A DNA stretch of 64,000 nucleotides from Minisyncoccia bacterium (GTDB lineage: Bacteria; Patescibacteriota; Minisyncoccia; Phycocordibacterales; UBA9973), in assembly GCA_041737125.1 (NCBI GenBank), contig JBGSSJ010000003.1, forward strand, positions 15,718-79,717, in the 5' to 3' direction. Shown here piece after piece: positions 36,701 to 45,400 of the stretch. Both the position numbers and the translations under genes were made by a program. Numbering within the stretch: the stretch's first letter is position 1; every line of letters starts with the position of its first letter. The notes beneath the pieces are model-generated. The model was given only the letters and a program-made list of their open reading frames with translations, did no database searches and was not told the origin of the DNA.

Positions 36701-36938
36701 CATCCATGCCAAGCTCACGTCTAAGCTCGTCTAGCACATATGGAGATGCGTTCTCTGCGACAGCTTCTTGATACAACTTTATTTTATCTTTCAAAAGCTT
36801 GTCCTTCTCGTCCTCTATAGTCGCCGCATTCTTAATAGCCAGCTTTTTGTCAGCTTCTATTTCCTTCGCAAGCTTTTTCGCATCGGCTGGGGTTGGAGGA
36901 ACTATCGGAGCTATTGGGGGTACATCAACGTTTGTCAT
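33774..36938 (-). CDS. Very large hypothetical membrane protein with a poly-acidic (Glu-rich) region and an internal 20 aa tandem repeat
   Basis: 1054 aa. Hydrophobic helices (IALNTGIFTIGAVSFGIVGAAGAGAYAGY; MAVGLTMSAVLGGGTELLASG). Tract EEEESKEDNEAEEKEESENNEEEQEEANEEEEEKVEEKEEETEQEQNEE. Repeat APERINQNIQVDEQPLNGGD x2. Confidence 0.6.
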   Translation of the reverse strand: MTNVDVPPIAPIVPPTPADAKKLAKEIEADKKLAIKNAATIEDEKDKLLKDKIKLYQEAVAENASPYVLDELRRELGMDGEEIALHIARGEYVEQYKKNKKEHKLKLNIDKVKASLGISKKIAEEDYFSQEYKNTKESYDQARQALERKLCHEKMRELDRDPSLSYQQVQEAFLKYKATEVLGKVYVEEKRKLAKQKTEGSPVKPYWKQALNWYVKLPKPARIALNTGIFTIGAVSFGIVGAAGAGAYAGYKFTKGLARSYTIGQGTALAVQGIDLKNKKKDEAFAEYQKAQMEVLGNQFAANSIDLKKYDEEMLKLDEAEKKRLRNRARAKMAVGLTMSAVLGGGTELLASGQLGINLGGDNIEKPEVAAPVAGEVADQAESKPGFFKRLFGFNNYPGRSLGPDEVGPAPEVEEAGNNDNGTVEEEESKEDNEAEEKEESENNEEEQEEANEEEEEKVEEKEEETEQEQNEEKPEAVSVEVAKGHGAIQTIQELQEKLEAEYPDEATRPASVQHILDTKADKLAIEYGMFDPSKDAESAMLQLGGRFNVDESGNVSYSQSEGGTPIELAKGDAEAPSGKYDGKMFDSDRSGSRMVSPEKVSEFEASNSQTGLEGDAPERINQNIQVDEQPLNGGDAPEKINQNIQVDEQAITPGENDGLKSNLTQGRNEDIAPLEGKWDNSNGTNTEMVSPNSGGFNTTGGGETIYRAGDSGQSQIQGNGFTKGPIPMTNVAQAEIEARERMLETLRENEAAANAGQNNIENVGGNKEVSMNKIEADARHLEDAKEVRDTFGRSNVVIDKPTYVETNGVENNKWNNAVDNTFEQKKLDFASYDEYEKERTMQTLLGNGQTGNMYDKELDKVVEATALDYYREQPEWKIVNKIPAKDFFDMNNAQVSTEEMQTLINKGIVVGTQNSAGAITDLSFKNEEELVRMSKLYEKIDPLNAKPIGDEPLEKYITRITRDIHRTEDNTLYALKKDADISETALDRNEFREGDRTSRGMQRQSYSVRQSNYQNPMYDYSPETVRRALRGVDVIAANNRWTVPVGGYGWYRR
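34989..35108. repeat. 60 bp tandem repeat x2 (ttgctcatctacttgtatattttgatttat...), encoding the 20 aa INQNIQVDEQ repeat of the 1054 aa protein
   Basis: Read directly; the two units are about 90% identical. Confidence 0.8.
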
Positions 36939-36939
36939 A

Positions 36940-38484
36940 TTATTGTTTGTTAACTAAATTATTGAATTCTTCTTCGACCTGTTTTATATACTCATTTGTC
37001 CTTTCTATATAAATTTTCTTGGCTGCTTGATAGCCTTGTACCTCGTACATTATTCTACCATTCTGGTCTGCTATTTTATATATCTCATTGTTGTCGTTAT
37101 TATCATCAACTTCAAAATGGTATCCACCGTAGTCACCCACATTCTTTGGGTTAGGTTCTGATATTCGAAGACTAAAGCCAGCTGTGTTGAAATCTACACA
37201 AAAATCTTCGTCACCATATATACTTGTCCTAGACTTGTTCTTATAAATAGCTTGTATGTATTCAACAGTTTCATCGAAAGATTTGTAAAAATAATAACCC
37301 GCATCTATTCCAGTTAAGCTGATATATTCCTCTCCTTCTTCTTTATGGTCACTACGATCACGTAGGTACCCATCAATAATTGGATCAGTTACCTTACGTG
37401 CTAGAAAGTAAGGTAATGGGAATGTTTTCTTCATGTTTAATTCTAGAGATTCTTTTAGGTCCTCAAGCTTAATGAATTTTTTTTGTCTTTCTAGAAGGAG
37501 TTTGTCTTCTTCTTCTTTTAATACTTTCTTCTGAGCATCGTTCGCTACCTTAATCTGTTCCCGCACAGCTTCTATTTGTTTGTATATCTCACTTCTTTGT
37601 GAAGTTATTTCATTAAAATCCCTTACACCCTTCTCGAAATTCTCCTTCGCTTCCTGTTTTCCTTTTGGGCTTACATTTATCCATCTATCCATATTCTCTT
37701 CTTCACGCTTTGTTCTTTCGATTGTTCTCTTGATTTCTTTTCTTCTGTCTCCATTTTTGAAATACTTCCATACCTTTGGGAATGTTTTTCCGAAAGAAAG
37801 TTCACCCAATTGTTCTTTTAGAATCTCAGTCTTATTGCTCGGACCTACATTTTTCTTCTGTGCATCTGGAGTAACACCAGGCGCGGTATTCACAGCTGCT
37901 GGTGCTGGGTTAACAGTCGCAGGTTCCACAGTCTTTTTAGTGTTCTCTCCTTTCTTCTGTTCTAGCCCACGCAAGATGAGCTCATTTGCTCTGATCTTCT
38001 CACGTAATGCATAATTACCTTTCTCTTCTTGTTCTAACCACTTTTCTTTATTCAATAAAGATTGCATCTTATCTCTGAATGCACCATCTACCTTCCCCTG
38101 CTGTTCAGGGGTTCTAGATTTAGGTTCTTTTGTTTCTTTCTTCTCATTGTCATTATCTAGATCAAGAGGCCCAAGCTCATCAGGCTCAGGAGCTGCCACC
38201 TTTGCTGGTTCAAGTTCGTTGTCTTTGTCATCCAAATTATGAGGTCTTAATTTATCATCTTCAGCTTCTTCTTCCACCCCAAATGCTTTCCTGGTTTGAG
38301 CCAGCTGGTCTGCGGTCAGAGTTTGGCCTGCTATGAATTCATTAAATTTTCTTAAAGCTTCTGCCCTTTGGTTTGATTTTTCTTCAGCTATTTTAGCCTC
38401 TATTGCATCGGCTTTTGCCTGCAGAGCTTGCTTCTCTTTTTCTATTTCCTCTTTAGTTTGTGTTGGGGGGTAATCTTTTGTCAT
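36940..38484 (-). CDS. K/E-rich coiled-coil hypothetical protein, paralog 1 of a tandem pair
   Basis: 514 aa. No TM. C-terminal domain shares collinear motifs with the next ORF: PLPYFLARKV/PFAYYLVDKI, EYISLTG/QYVSLKG, GFSLRI/GFSMKI, YIKQVEEEFNNLVNKQ/YINKVEKEFNKLTNK. Confidence 0.6.
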   Translation of the reverse strand: MTKDYPPTQTKEEIEKEKQALQAKADAIEAKIAEEKSNQRAEALRKFNEFIAGQTLTADQLAQTRKAFGVEEEAEDDKLRPHNLDDKDNELEPAKVAAPEPDELGPLDLDNDNEKKETKEPKSRTPEQQGKVDGAFRDKMQSLLNKEKWLEQEEKGNYALREKIRANELILRGLEQKKGENTKKTVEPATVNPAPAAVNTAPGVTPDAQKKNVGPSNKTEILKEQLGELSFGKTFPKVWKYFKNGDRRKEIKRTIERTKREEENMDRWINVSPKGKQEAKENFEKGVRDFNEITSQRSEIYKQIEAVREQIKVANDAQKKVLKEEEDKLLLERQKKFIKLEDLKESLELNMKKTFPLPYFLARKVTDPIIDGYLRDRSDHKEEGEEYISLTGIDAGYYFYKSFDETVEYIQAIYKNKSRTSIYGDEDFCVDFNTAGFSLRISEPNPKNVGDYGGYHFEVDDNNDNNEIYKIADQNGRIMYEVQGYQAAKKIYIERTNEYIKQVEEEFNNLVNKQ

Positions 38485-38488
38485 TTTA

Positions 38489-40072
38489 TTATTTGTTAGT
38501 TAATTTATTGAATTCTTTTTCGACCTTATTTATATATTTTTGTGTAGCTTCTTCGTATATAGCTAGAGCATTATTGTAATCGACTTGCTCTATAATTTTC
38601 TTTCCATCAGGATTCATAACTTCATATCTGGCTTTAGGGTCAGATAATTTAACCCGTTCATTCGCATCCTTACTCAATTCTTCAAGGTTAACTATCTTCA
38701 TACTAAAGCCAGATAAATTATATTTAACAATATTGTCGAGTTCCTTTATGAAGCTCTCAAATGTAAGGGTAGTTATTTCTGAATGAGCCAACGGATTCTC
38801 TGCAAAATTTGAATAATAGATCTTGTTTCCTTTTAAAGATACATATTGCTCCCCACTTTGCGTCTCATTTGTTAAGAGATTTTTAATTAAAGGATTTTTA
38901 ATTTTATCTACTAAGTAGTAGGCGAAAGGGTATTCTTTCTTTTTAATTTGCTCATATGATTTTTCAATTTCATCTTGCTCAGCAGTTAATAACCTCCTTT
39001 TTGTATATAAATTGTCCCATTCAACATCCTCTGGTTCATATTCTTCCATTTGTAAATGACACTCTTCAATTTTTTTGTCTATATCATTGTATTTAGATTT
39101 GAGCCCAAATAGCTTTTCTTGATTCTCTTTTGAAGCTTCTATTTTAGCCTCTTCTTGTTTTGCTTTTTCTATTTTCTTTTCTAATTGCCACTGTTTTATA
39201 GCATAGATAGTTCCTCTAAATACATTCCATCCAGGTGTATTCCTTATCTTTTCATTTATAGTGTCTAATTCTATTTGTAATTCTTCGCTCTCTTTTATTG
39301 GGATATTTTTTTCTTCTGTTAGTGTCACAGGAATAACCACAGGTTCATCTGTGTTATTTTCTATTTCTTCTGTTGGTTCTTTGTCTTCTGTCTCAGCATC
39401 CTCTCCTTCTGAGCTCTCTTCCCCTGCTATTGTTTCCCCCGTTTCTTTATCTTGTAGCCTCTTTATGTCTTCTGGTCCAGGATCTATTATCAAAGGTACG
39501 TCGTCTTCTGGTTTAGCTTCTATTTCTGGTATAGGATTCTCTCCTGTTGGCACCTTAGCTTCAGTTTCTGTTGAAGAAGATGGTGTAAAGATAAATTCTT
39601 TAGCTTTCTCTGCTTCAGCTTCTTTAGCGATTCTTTGTCGCTCCATTTCATCCTTCTCAAGCTCTTCTATGAATTTATTTTTCTCTTCTATTTCTTTCTT
39701 TATTACATCGAGCTCTTGTTGATAACCTGCTAGCCTTGCATTCCTTTCCTCTGTAGCTTGCTTCACGGAAGCTAGTAAACTTTGGAAAAAGTCATCATAG
39801 GCTTTTTGTTCGTCTTCTTTACTACTCTCGTCTACTGCATTTTGTGTGTTTTCTGGAGCTTGTGTGTTTGTTATTGAGTCACCCACTATTTTTACCCCCC
39901 TTAAATCTATATTTTTTAGGTTTGGGTTTTGGCTATCAAGATACATACTGATTTCTTCATCGGTCATAGTCTCGAAGCCGGGCTTCTTCTTCAGATCTGC
40001 TATTAACTTAGCTTTTTTTTCTCCTTTCTTTTTTGCTATTTCTTCTGTTGTTAGAGGTTTACTTTCAGGCAT
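38489..40072 (-). CDS. K/E-rich coiled-coil hypothetical protein, paralog 2 of a tandem pair
   Basis: 527 aa. Same C-terminal domain as 36940..38484. Acidic Ser/Glu-rich middle region. 4 nt gap to the downstream paralog. Confidence 0.6.
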   Translation of the reverse strand: MPESKPLTTEEIAKKKGEKKAKLIADLKKKPGFETMTDEEISMYLDSQNPNLKNIDLRGVKIVGDSITNTQAPENTQNAVDESSKEDEQKAYDDFFQSLLASVKQATEERNARLAGYQQELDVIKKEIEEKNKFIEELEKDEMERQRIAKEAEAEKAKEFIFTPSSSTETEAKVPTGENPIPEIEAKPEDDVPLIIDPGPEDIKRLQDKETGETIAGEESSEGEDAETEDKEPTEEIENNTDEPVVIPVTLTEEKNIPIKESEELQIELDTINEKIRNTPGWNVFRGTIYAIKQWQLEKKIEKAKQEEAKIEASKENQEKLFGLKSKYNDIDKKIEECHLQMEEYEPEDVEWDNLYTKRRLLTAEQDEIEKSYEQIKKKEYPFAYYLVDKIKNPLIKNLLTNETQSGEQYVSLKGNKIYYSNFAENPLAHSEITTLTFESFIKELDNIVKYNLSGFSMKIVNLEELSKDANERVKLSDPKARYEVMNPDGKKIIEQVDYNNALAIYEEATQKYINKVEKEFNKLTNK

Positions 40073-40256
40073 ATTTATATATGTTTAATTAGTATGCAAA
40101 TTATACCACAATTTAATAAAAAAGCAAGTATTTACACGAGTGAACATTTTACTCTTTTATTATACTATAGCTTTTCTTTTTTAGGTAATAAAAATGCTCG
40201 GAACTTGCGTTCCGAGCGGTTTTTTGTGTTTAGGTTTCTCATGATCCATTTTGGAT

Positions 40257-40865
40257 CTAATTTACTGTGTGGGGGTGTGCCATGTTTGCAGCAGAAGCTG
40301 GGTTAGGTATCGTCACTGGCTGTGCAGCCAAAGCTTTTCTCTTGGCCCTGTGTGAGAGTAGCATCAAAGTAAGGATTCCAACTGTTGTTACTAAGAATAA
40401 CAGCATCCCAACTTTGGATTTGATCTTTTGATCCTGTAACACAACAGCCTCCTTAAAAGTAGTTTTAGGTTCTGACACAATTTTACCTGCAGTGTCTTTA
40501 ATGGGTTTCTGTGGGTATAGCTTTGCAGCTATTTCGTCCAGGCTTTGGAGTTGTTGTTTGCTTGTGGCGGCATTTTCTGCCACCAAGCTCAAAACTTCCT
40601 TCACCTTTCTTACGCTGTCGTCAACAAGATCTGCGTAATGCCAAGCATCATCTGCTCTGGTTTGTGCTGTGGATACCTGATTCTGCAGGTTCTGCTTGTC
40701 CTTTTTTTGGGCCTTTTCAAGCTCAGCTAACTTTTGGGTTAGTGCCTGAACTTGTTCATCTAGGCCTTGTGCCTGTGTGTCCAAGTTGAAGATAAACAGA
40801 ATTGCGAGGGTGGCCACTATGGCCGATGTTACCTTTTTCATGGTTGTAAATTGATTTATACCCAC
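40257..40865 (-). CDS. Hypothetical secreted coiled-coil protein with a C-terminal TM anchor and a basic tail
   Basis: 202 aa. Signal peptide (MKKVTSAIVATLAILFIFNLDTQA). Heptad-like Q/L/A region. C-terminal TM (VGMLLFLVTTVGILTLMLL) plus HRAKRKALAAQP. Confidence 0.5.
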   Translation of the reverse strand: MGINQFTTMKKVTSAIVATLAILFIFNLDTQAQGLDEQVQALTQKLAELEKAQKKDKQNLQNQVSTAQTRADDAWHYADLVDDSVRKVKEVLSLVAENAATSKQQLQSLDEIAAKLYPQKPIKDTAGKIVSEPKTTFKEAVVLQDQKIKSKVGMLLFLVTTVGILTLMLLSHRAKRKALAAQPVTIPNPASAANMAHPHTVN

Positions 40866-41034
40866 CTTTTTATTTTAGGTGAGCTTGAGTGAATAGATAA
40901 ATAGTACCACCTCAATTTCCAATAACTTGAAAAGCAAAGTGGTACTCTCAATATATCCACACAATATTTCAAAGAGCTAATACTGTGCATATACTAGCAT
41001 ATTTATACCCTTCTGTCAAGGGGTATTTTGTATA

Positions 41035-43521
41035 TTACTCTTCGTTTTCTACAAATTTAACCTTCGGCTTTTTGATTATATCCCAAGAACCATCGCTGTT
41101 CTTCTTTGCCTCCCCTTCTTCTACAAGTTCCATTTTAGTTATACCTCTTACTGGGTTATTCATGAGCTCAAATCCGTCTATATAATTTTTCCAATCAGTT
41201 ACACTTACATAATATTTCTGCGCAGATATATTACTGTTTAAAGATATTGTCGCAGTGCCATCACCATGATCTTTTAACTCAAAAACCTGTTCACCATTTT
41301 CAGTTTCACTAACCATGTCTTTCTTAAATATAAGATCACCGTCTATATTGGCTCCTTTAGGCCAAGCGAATTTCGCATAATAAGTTTTCACTACTTCTTT
41401 ATTCTCTATCGGCATTGATTGTTCAGGGTTTGATTTATTAAATTCTTCCAGCAAGACTCTAATTACCTCCTCATCTGAAGAATTCCTGAATTTTATGTTC
41501 TCATCGAAATCTTTTATTTTAGGAAGGTGTTTTATGTATTCTTGATTAAAGAAAACTTTGTCTGTCTTCAACAAATTTTCATATTCTTCTATGTTGTTTG
41601 GAACCTCTATTCCTCTATTCTTATTCTCGTTTTCTTCTGCTTGCATTGCATTCATACTCGCTTCTACATTCTCTACACCTAGAAGATCCATCATATCTGC
41701 TGTAGCCGGAGAATTTTTTTTCAGTTCATCCATATCTATTTTTATCTCAGGTTCTTCTTCGGGTTGTAGTGCCGCTAATTCCGCATCGTATTTTGCGTTG
41801 ATCTCTAAATAAGATTTCAGTGCTTTTTTGTGTTTGTCTATACTATCTACATAACCTTGATTATCTCCATTCAAATATTTCCCCTCCTCTCTACCCTTCA
41901 GTGTATATTCTCCTGTATCAATCCAGTCTTTTAAAATTTTATCAAAAATTTTAGTATTATCAGGTCGATAGTCTCTTTCATATCGGTATCCATCAACATT
42001 TTTAATTAAATCTTCCTCCCTTCTTTTTTCTATATCAGCTATTTTTTCTTCCAGTTCTTCTAGTTTCGCCATCTCTGCCCAGTATTGTGCTATTAATTCA
42101 TCTACAGTCATTTCTGCTTCTTTATCCTCTACTAAAGATTCAGGAATATCTTCACCTACTTCCTTTGGTGCTTGCTCTATTTCTACTACAGGCTGTGGTT
42201 GCGTCTTCTGATAGGCTTCATATTCTTCAAGGAGTTTTTCTGCTCCTTCTTTTTCTATTTTTATACCCCTTAATTTGAATTCTCTAGGTAGCATTGCAAC
42301 ATTCACATATCCCAGTTCATTTGCAATATCAATAACCATCTGTAAGTTTTTAGGAAGTTCTGGTTTCTGTTCTGTATTTAATTCGGGTTTTACTGGCTCA
42401 TCGTTCAGTTTAGGTTCTTTGTTGATATCTTCATTATATTTATTGAGCACAAAGTCTATTCCTGGAGCAAAAAGAAATAATTTCATCTGATCTGGTGTCA
42501 TAGAACCCCTTGTTCCGTCTGTAAGGTTATCGAAAGGTATTTTATCTCCTTTTTTCTTCCCAATTTTATAAACTATGTTCCTTTTAACGCCAGTCCTTTT
42601 GACGATGACTATCGTACCCTCCTCTATAAGATTAAATTTTCTTTCCTTGTCACTTTCTTTTATTTCAGTATTTGTTTTTTCTTCTACTATAACTTTATCA
42701 AATTTAAGCGGTAAATTTCTTGCAATTGCTAACTCTAAATCTTTTAAATTTTTTTCATTTATTTGTATTTTTCTTCTTATCTCTCTTCTCTCTTCGTCAG
42801 TTTTTGCATTAGATAATTCTTCATTTCTCCTTCTGATACTGTTATTTATCGCTGTTTTTATCCATAAAACAGGACCTTGGTTGAAGTCTTTTAAATCCCT
42901 CTTGTTTCTTTCTTGAGCTTCTTTGCTCTGGGGTATCTCTATGAGTATACTTTTCCAGTAATTATATTGCCTCTCTACTATATCAGCTAATTCTCTGTCA
43001 TCTAAGATCTTTTCTTTTTGAGCACCAGTGGGTTTTCCTCGCACTTCTTTAACATCTTCAAATGGTATAGTTTCACCAATCGTTTTCAAATTCCAACCCT
43101 TTTTAGGTTTATCTGGAATATTTGTTAATTTTAGATTTGGTCCTGGCATATCTTGTTCCTCAATTGTATCATAATTATCTGTCTCAATCTCAAATACTCC
43201 GTCCATAAGACTCCCCTTTTCGTTGGGATTTTCTCTTCTTTTGATTTGATCTGCTGATAAGTAGAACCCTACTTCATCATTATTTTTGTTTGACTCCGGC
43301 TTATAACTACCCATAAGCTGGTACCTAGTTTTCTTTTTTGCTTCCTCTTTAGGTGTTGCCTTGTTGTTGTTTTGTCCTTCTTCGAACTTGATAGCTTCTT
43401 CTTTTTTGAATTTCCATCCTTTCTTTTTATTCTTCGCATCTTTCTTCTTCTCGATTCCTGGGAATGTTCCTCCACCTAGGTCAGCTAGGTTTTTTGAATA
43501 GAATTTTTGTCCTTCAGGCAT
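41035..43521 (-). CDS. Large K/E-rich hypothetical protein (first gene of the 33.4-43.5 kb minus-strand operon)
   Basis: 828 aa. No TM. Extensive Lys/Glu-rich, predicted coiled-coil sequence. No catalytic motif found. Confidence 0.55.
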   Translation of the reverse strand: MPEGQKFYSKNLADLGGGTFPGIEKKKDAKNKKKGWKFKKEEAIKFEEGQNNNKATPKEEAKKKTRYQLMGSYKPESNKNNDEVGFYLSADQIKRRENPNEKGSLMDGVFEIETDNYDTIEEQDMPGPNLKLTNIPDKPKKGWNLKTIGETIPFEDVKEVRGKPTGAQKEKILDDRELADIVERQYNYWKSILIEIPQSKEAQERNKRDLKDFNQGPVLWIKTAINNSIRRRNEELSNAKTDEERREIRRKIQINEKNLKDLELAIARNLPLKFDKVIVEEKTNTEIKESDKERKFNLIEEGTIVIVKRTGVKRNIVYKIGKKKGDKIPFDNLTDGTRGSMTPDQMKLFLFAPGIDFVLNKYNEDINKEPKLNDEPVKPELNTEQKPELPKNLQMVIDIANELGYVNVAMLPREFKLRGIKIEKEGAEKLLEEYEAYQKTQPQPVVEIEQAPKEVGEDIPESLVEDKEAEMTVDELIAQYWAEMAKLEELEEKIADIEKRREEDLIKNVDGYRYERDYRPDNTKIFDKILKDWIDTGEYTLKGREEGKYLNGDNQGYVDSIDKHKKALKSYLEINAKYDAELAALQPEEEPEIKIDMDELKKNSPATADMMDLLGVENVEASMNAMQAEENENKNRGIEVPNNIEEYENLLKTDKVFFNQEYIKHLPKIKDFDENIKFRNSSDEEVIRVLLEEFNKSNPEQSMPIENKEVVKTYYAKFAWPKGANIDGDLIFKKDMVSETENGEQVFELKDHGDGTATISLNSNISAQKYYVSVTDWKNYIDGFELMNNPVRGITKMELVEEGEAKKNSDGSWDIIKKPKVKFVENEE

Positions 43522-43794
43522 ATGTGAAATTATACAACACTTATGCCAAAAGTGTCAAAATTTGGCTCCATACTTCATTTTTAAAGGTTTAAATGGACCT
43601 GTTCATAAGATGTGAATTACTCGGTTGACTAACTTTTCTATATGGGATACCCTTGTACTTGTAGGGTTGGTGACCAAATGCCCCATAACTCCCGAATAGA
43701 AGACTTGCTTTATATCATAGAGCTTTCCCGACCGTCCAAACCTCTTATGCAATTACAACAAACCCCAAAAGATTCTAGCGATCCATCTATTAAA

Positions 43795-44976
43795 ATGGGT
43801 CAAAAGATGAAAATATCGTTATTTATCAAGCCTATTACTGTAAAGGCTTGTTTCTCTCTAGTCGTGTTTATGTATGTTTTCGCGCAATCAAGCCCTGCCT
43901 ATGCTGGGTTTTTCTCTGATTTGGTAAGAAGTGTCATGGGTAATGAGACTCAAGCATCTGAAGTAGAGACTATAAAAGGTGAAGTCATTCATAACTCTCA
44001 GAACGTCCCTCTCCTTGAGTCCTCTATCAACCCAGATCTTAAGAATATAAAGAGAGATGAAGTAGTTATTCTAGAAGAAGAAGGCTTATTGTCTACTAAT
44101 GGGGCACTTGATGTAGATTCTGAGCTTGAGAAATATGATCCAACGGTCAAAATTACGACTTATGTAGTGCAAAAAGGTGATACTATAGAAGGCATAGCAA
44201 AGAAGCTTGGTATTACGAAGGCAGCAATTATAGACTCAAATGCAGACTTGAAAGAGGACGATATGATAAAAGTAGGAGAATCCCTTGTAATTCTAGGACT
44301 TAAGGCTGAGAAAGCTAAAGAATTAGCAAATAAGGAAGATGTGAAGGTAGCTACTCCTACAAAGAAAGAGGAGCCAAAGAAGAAAGAAGAAGTAAAAATA
44401 GCAAAAGTCGCCCCAGAACCTAAAAAAGAAGCTCAAAAAACAGAAGTAAAGAAAGAGGTCATAGCGCAAGTTCAAGCTCCAGTCGTAAACACACCAGTAG
44501 TGGAAGTACAAGCAAGTAAAAAAGTAGAGCTAAAGAGTGAGGAAGCTCCTACTCCGACTGGCCAACCAGATGGTGATATAGATGGAGGCTACATCTGGCC
44601 ATTCCCGAAAGGAGTCGGCCGAGTATCACAAGGCTTACATGCTGACCAAGCTTACGACTTCGCTGCACCGAAAGGCACACCTATATATGCAGTAAATAGT
44701 GGTACGGTGGTTGTAGCGAAACCAACTGGTTATAATGGAGGATATGGTTTGTATGTCGTTATAAACTTTGATGATGGTAGACAAGCAATATTCGGCCACA
44801 TGAGTAAAGTACAGGCGAAAGCTGGTCAAGTAGTGAAGAAAGGTGAAGTTATAGGTTATGTAGGTACGACAGGCAAGTCTACAGGTAACCACTTACACCT
44901 CGGCTTCCGTGGCGCGCTTCGCAACCCTTATATAGGATTAAAAGTTAATGATAAAGATTTTATAAACCATGAATAA
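43795..44976 (+). CDS. LysM-domain peptidase M23 (murein endopeptidase type). Start chosen at MGQKMKISLF; the tracked ORF begins at 43642
   Basis: Signal peptide ending SSPAYA|G. LysM (YVVQKGDTIEGIAKKLGITKAAI). Lys/Glu/Pro-rich linker. M23 motifs HxxxD-like HADQAYDF and GNHLHLGF (HxH). Confidence 0.8.
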   Translation: MGQKMKISLFIKPITVKACFSLVVFMYVFAQSSPAYAGFFSDLVRSVMGNETQASEVETIKGEVIHNSQNVPLLESSINPDLKNIKRDEVVILEEEGLLSTNGALDVDSELEKYDPTVKITTYVVQKGDTIEGIAKKLGITKAAIIDSNADLKEDDMIKVGESLVILGLKAEKAKELANKEDVKVATPTKKEEPKKKEEVKIAKVAPEPKKEAQKTEVKKEVIAQVQAPVVNTPVVEVQASKKVELKSEEAPTPTGQPDGDIDGGYIWPFPKGVGRVSQGLHADQAYDFAAPKGTPIYAVNSGTVVVAKPTGYNGGYGLYVVINFDDGRQAIFGHMSKVQAKAGQVVKKGEVIGYVGTTGKSTGNHLHLGFRGALRNPYIGLKVNDKDFINHE

Positions 44977-45355
44977 ATTTATTTTATATTTAGTTATAGC
45001 TTCATTTTTAGTTGTGAGTCCTTCTGTAGTAAATGGAGAGCGATTAATAGCGGTACCTAGTATTATCACGCCAGAGACTGCCCCATACTCAGCGAAACCC
45101 AAAGCCAAAGCAAAAGCGAAGGTTGCTACAGTGAGGAACTTGAAGTTCGGCATGGTTGGGAATGACGTGACGGTATTACAGAACTTTTTAATAAAGAAGA
45201 ATGTAGGTCCTGCAGCTCAAGCACTAGCGAAACACAAAGCTACTGGCCGCTATGGAGAGCTTACAAAAGCTGCCCTTATCGAATATCAGAAAGCCAAAGG
45301 TCTAACTGCCGATGGTATAGCTGGTCCGAAGATGAGAGCTGAATATAAAAAATAA
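44969..45355 (+). CDS. Secreted peptidoglycan-binding (PG_binding_1-like) domain protein
   Basis: 128 aa. Signal peptide. GNDVTVLQNFLIKKN...GRYGELTKAALIEYQKAKGLTADGIAGPKM matches the PGBD consensus. Confidence 0.65.
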   Translation: MNKFILYLVIASFLVVSPSVVNGERLIAVPSIITPETAPYSAKPKAKAKAKVATVRNLKFGMVGNDVTVLQNFLIKKNVGPAAQALAKHKATGRYGELTKAALIEYQKAKGLTADGIAGPKMRAEYKK

Positions 45356-45360
45356 TTCAT

Positions 45361-45400
45361 AAAATAAAATCCCTCGAGTGTACTCGAGGGATTTTATTTT
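45361..45400. terminator. Perfect bidirectional intrinsic terminator aaaataaaatccctcgagtgtactcgagggattttatttt
   Basis: Read directly: 13 bp stem (including a palindromic CTCGAG) flanked by an A-run and a T-run; sits between convergent genes. Confidence 0.75.

Noticed and set aside
43642-43794. Upstream part of the tracked ORF 43642..44976
   Set aside because: The signal peptide (MKISLFIKPITVKACFSLVVFMYVFAQSSPAYA) begins at the internal Mets near 43795/43808. The upstream 50 codons lack any signal or domain features
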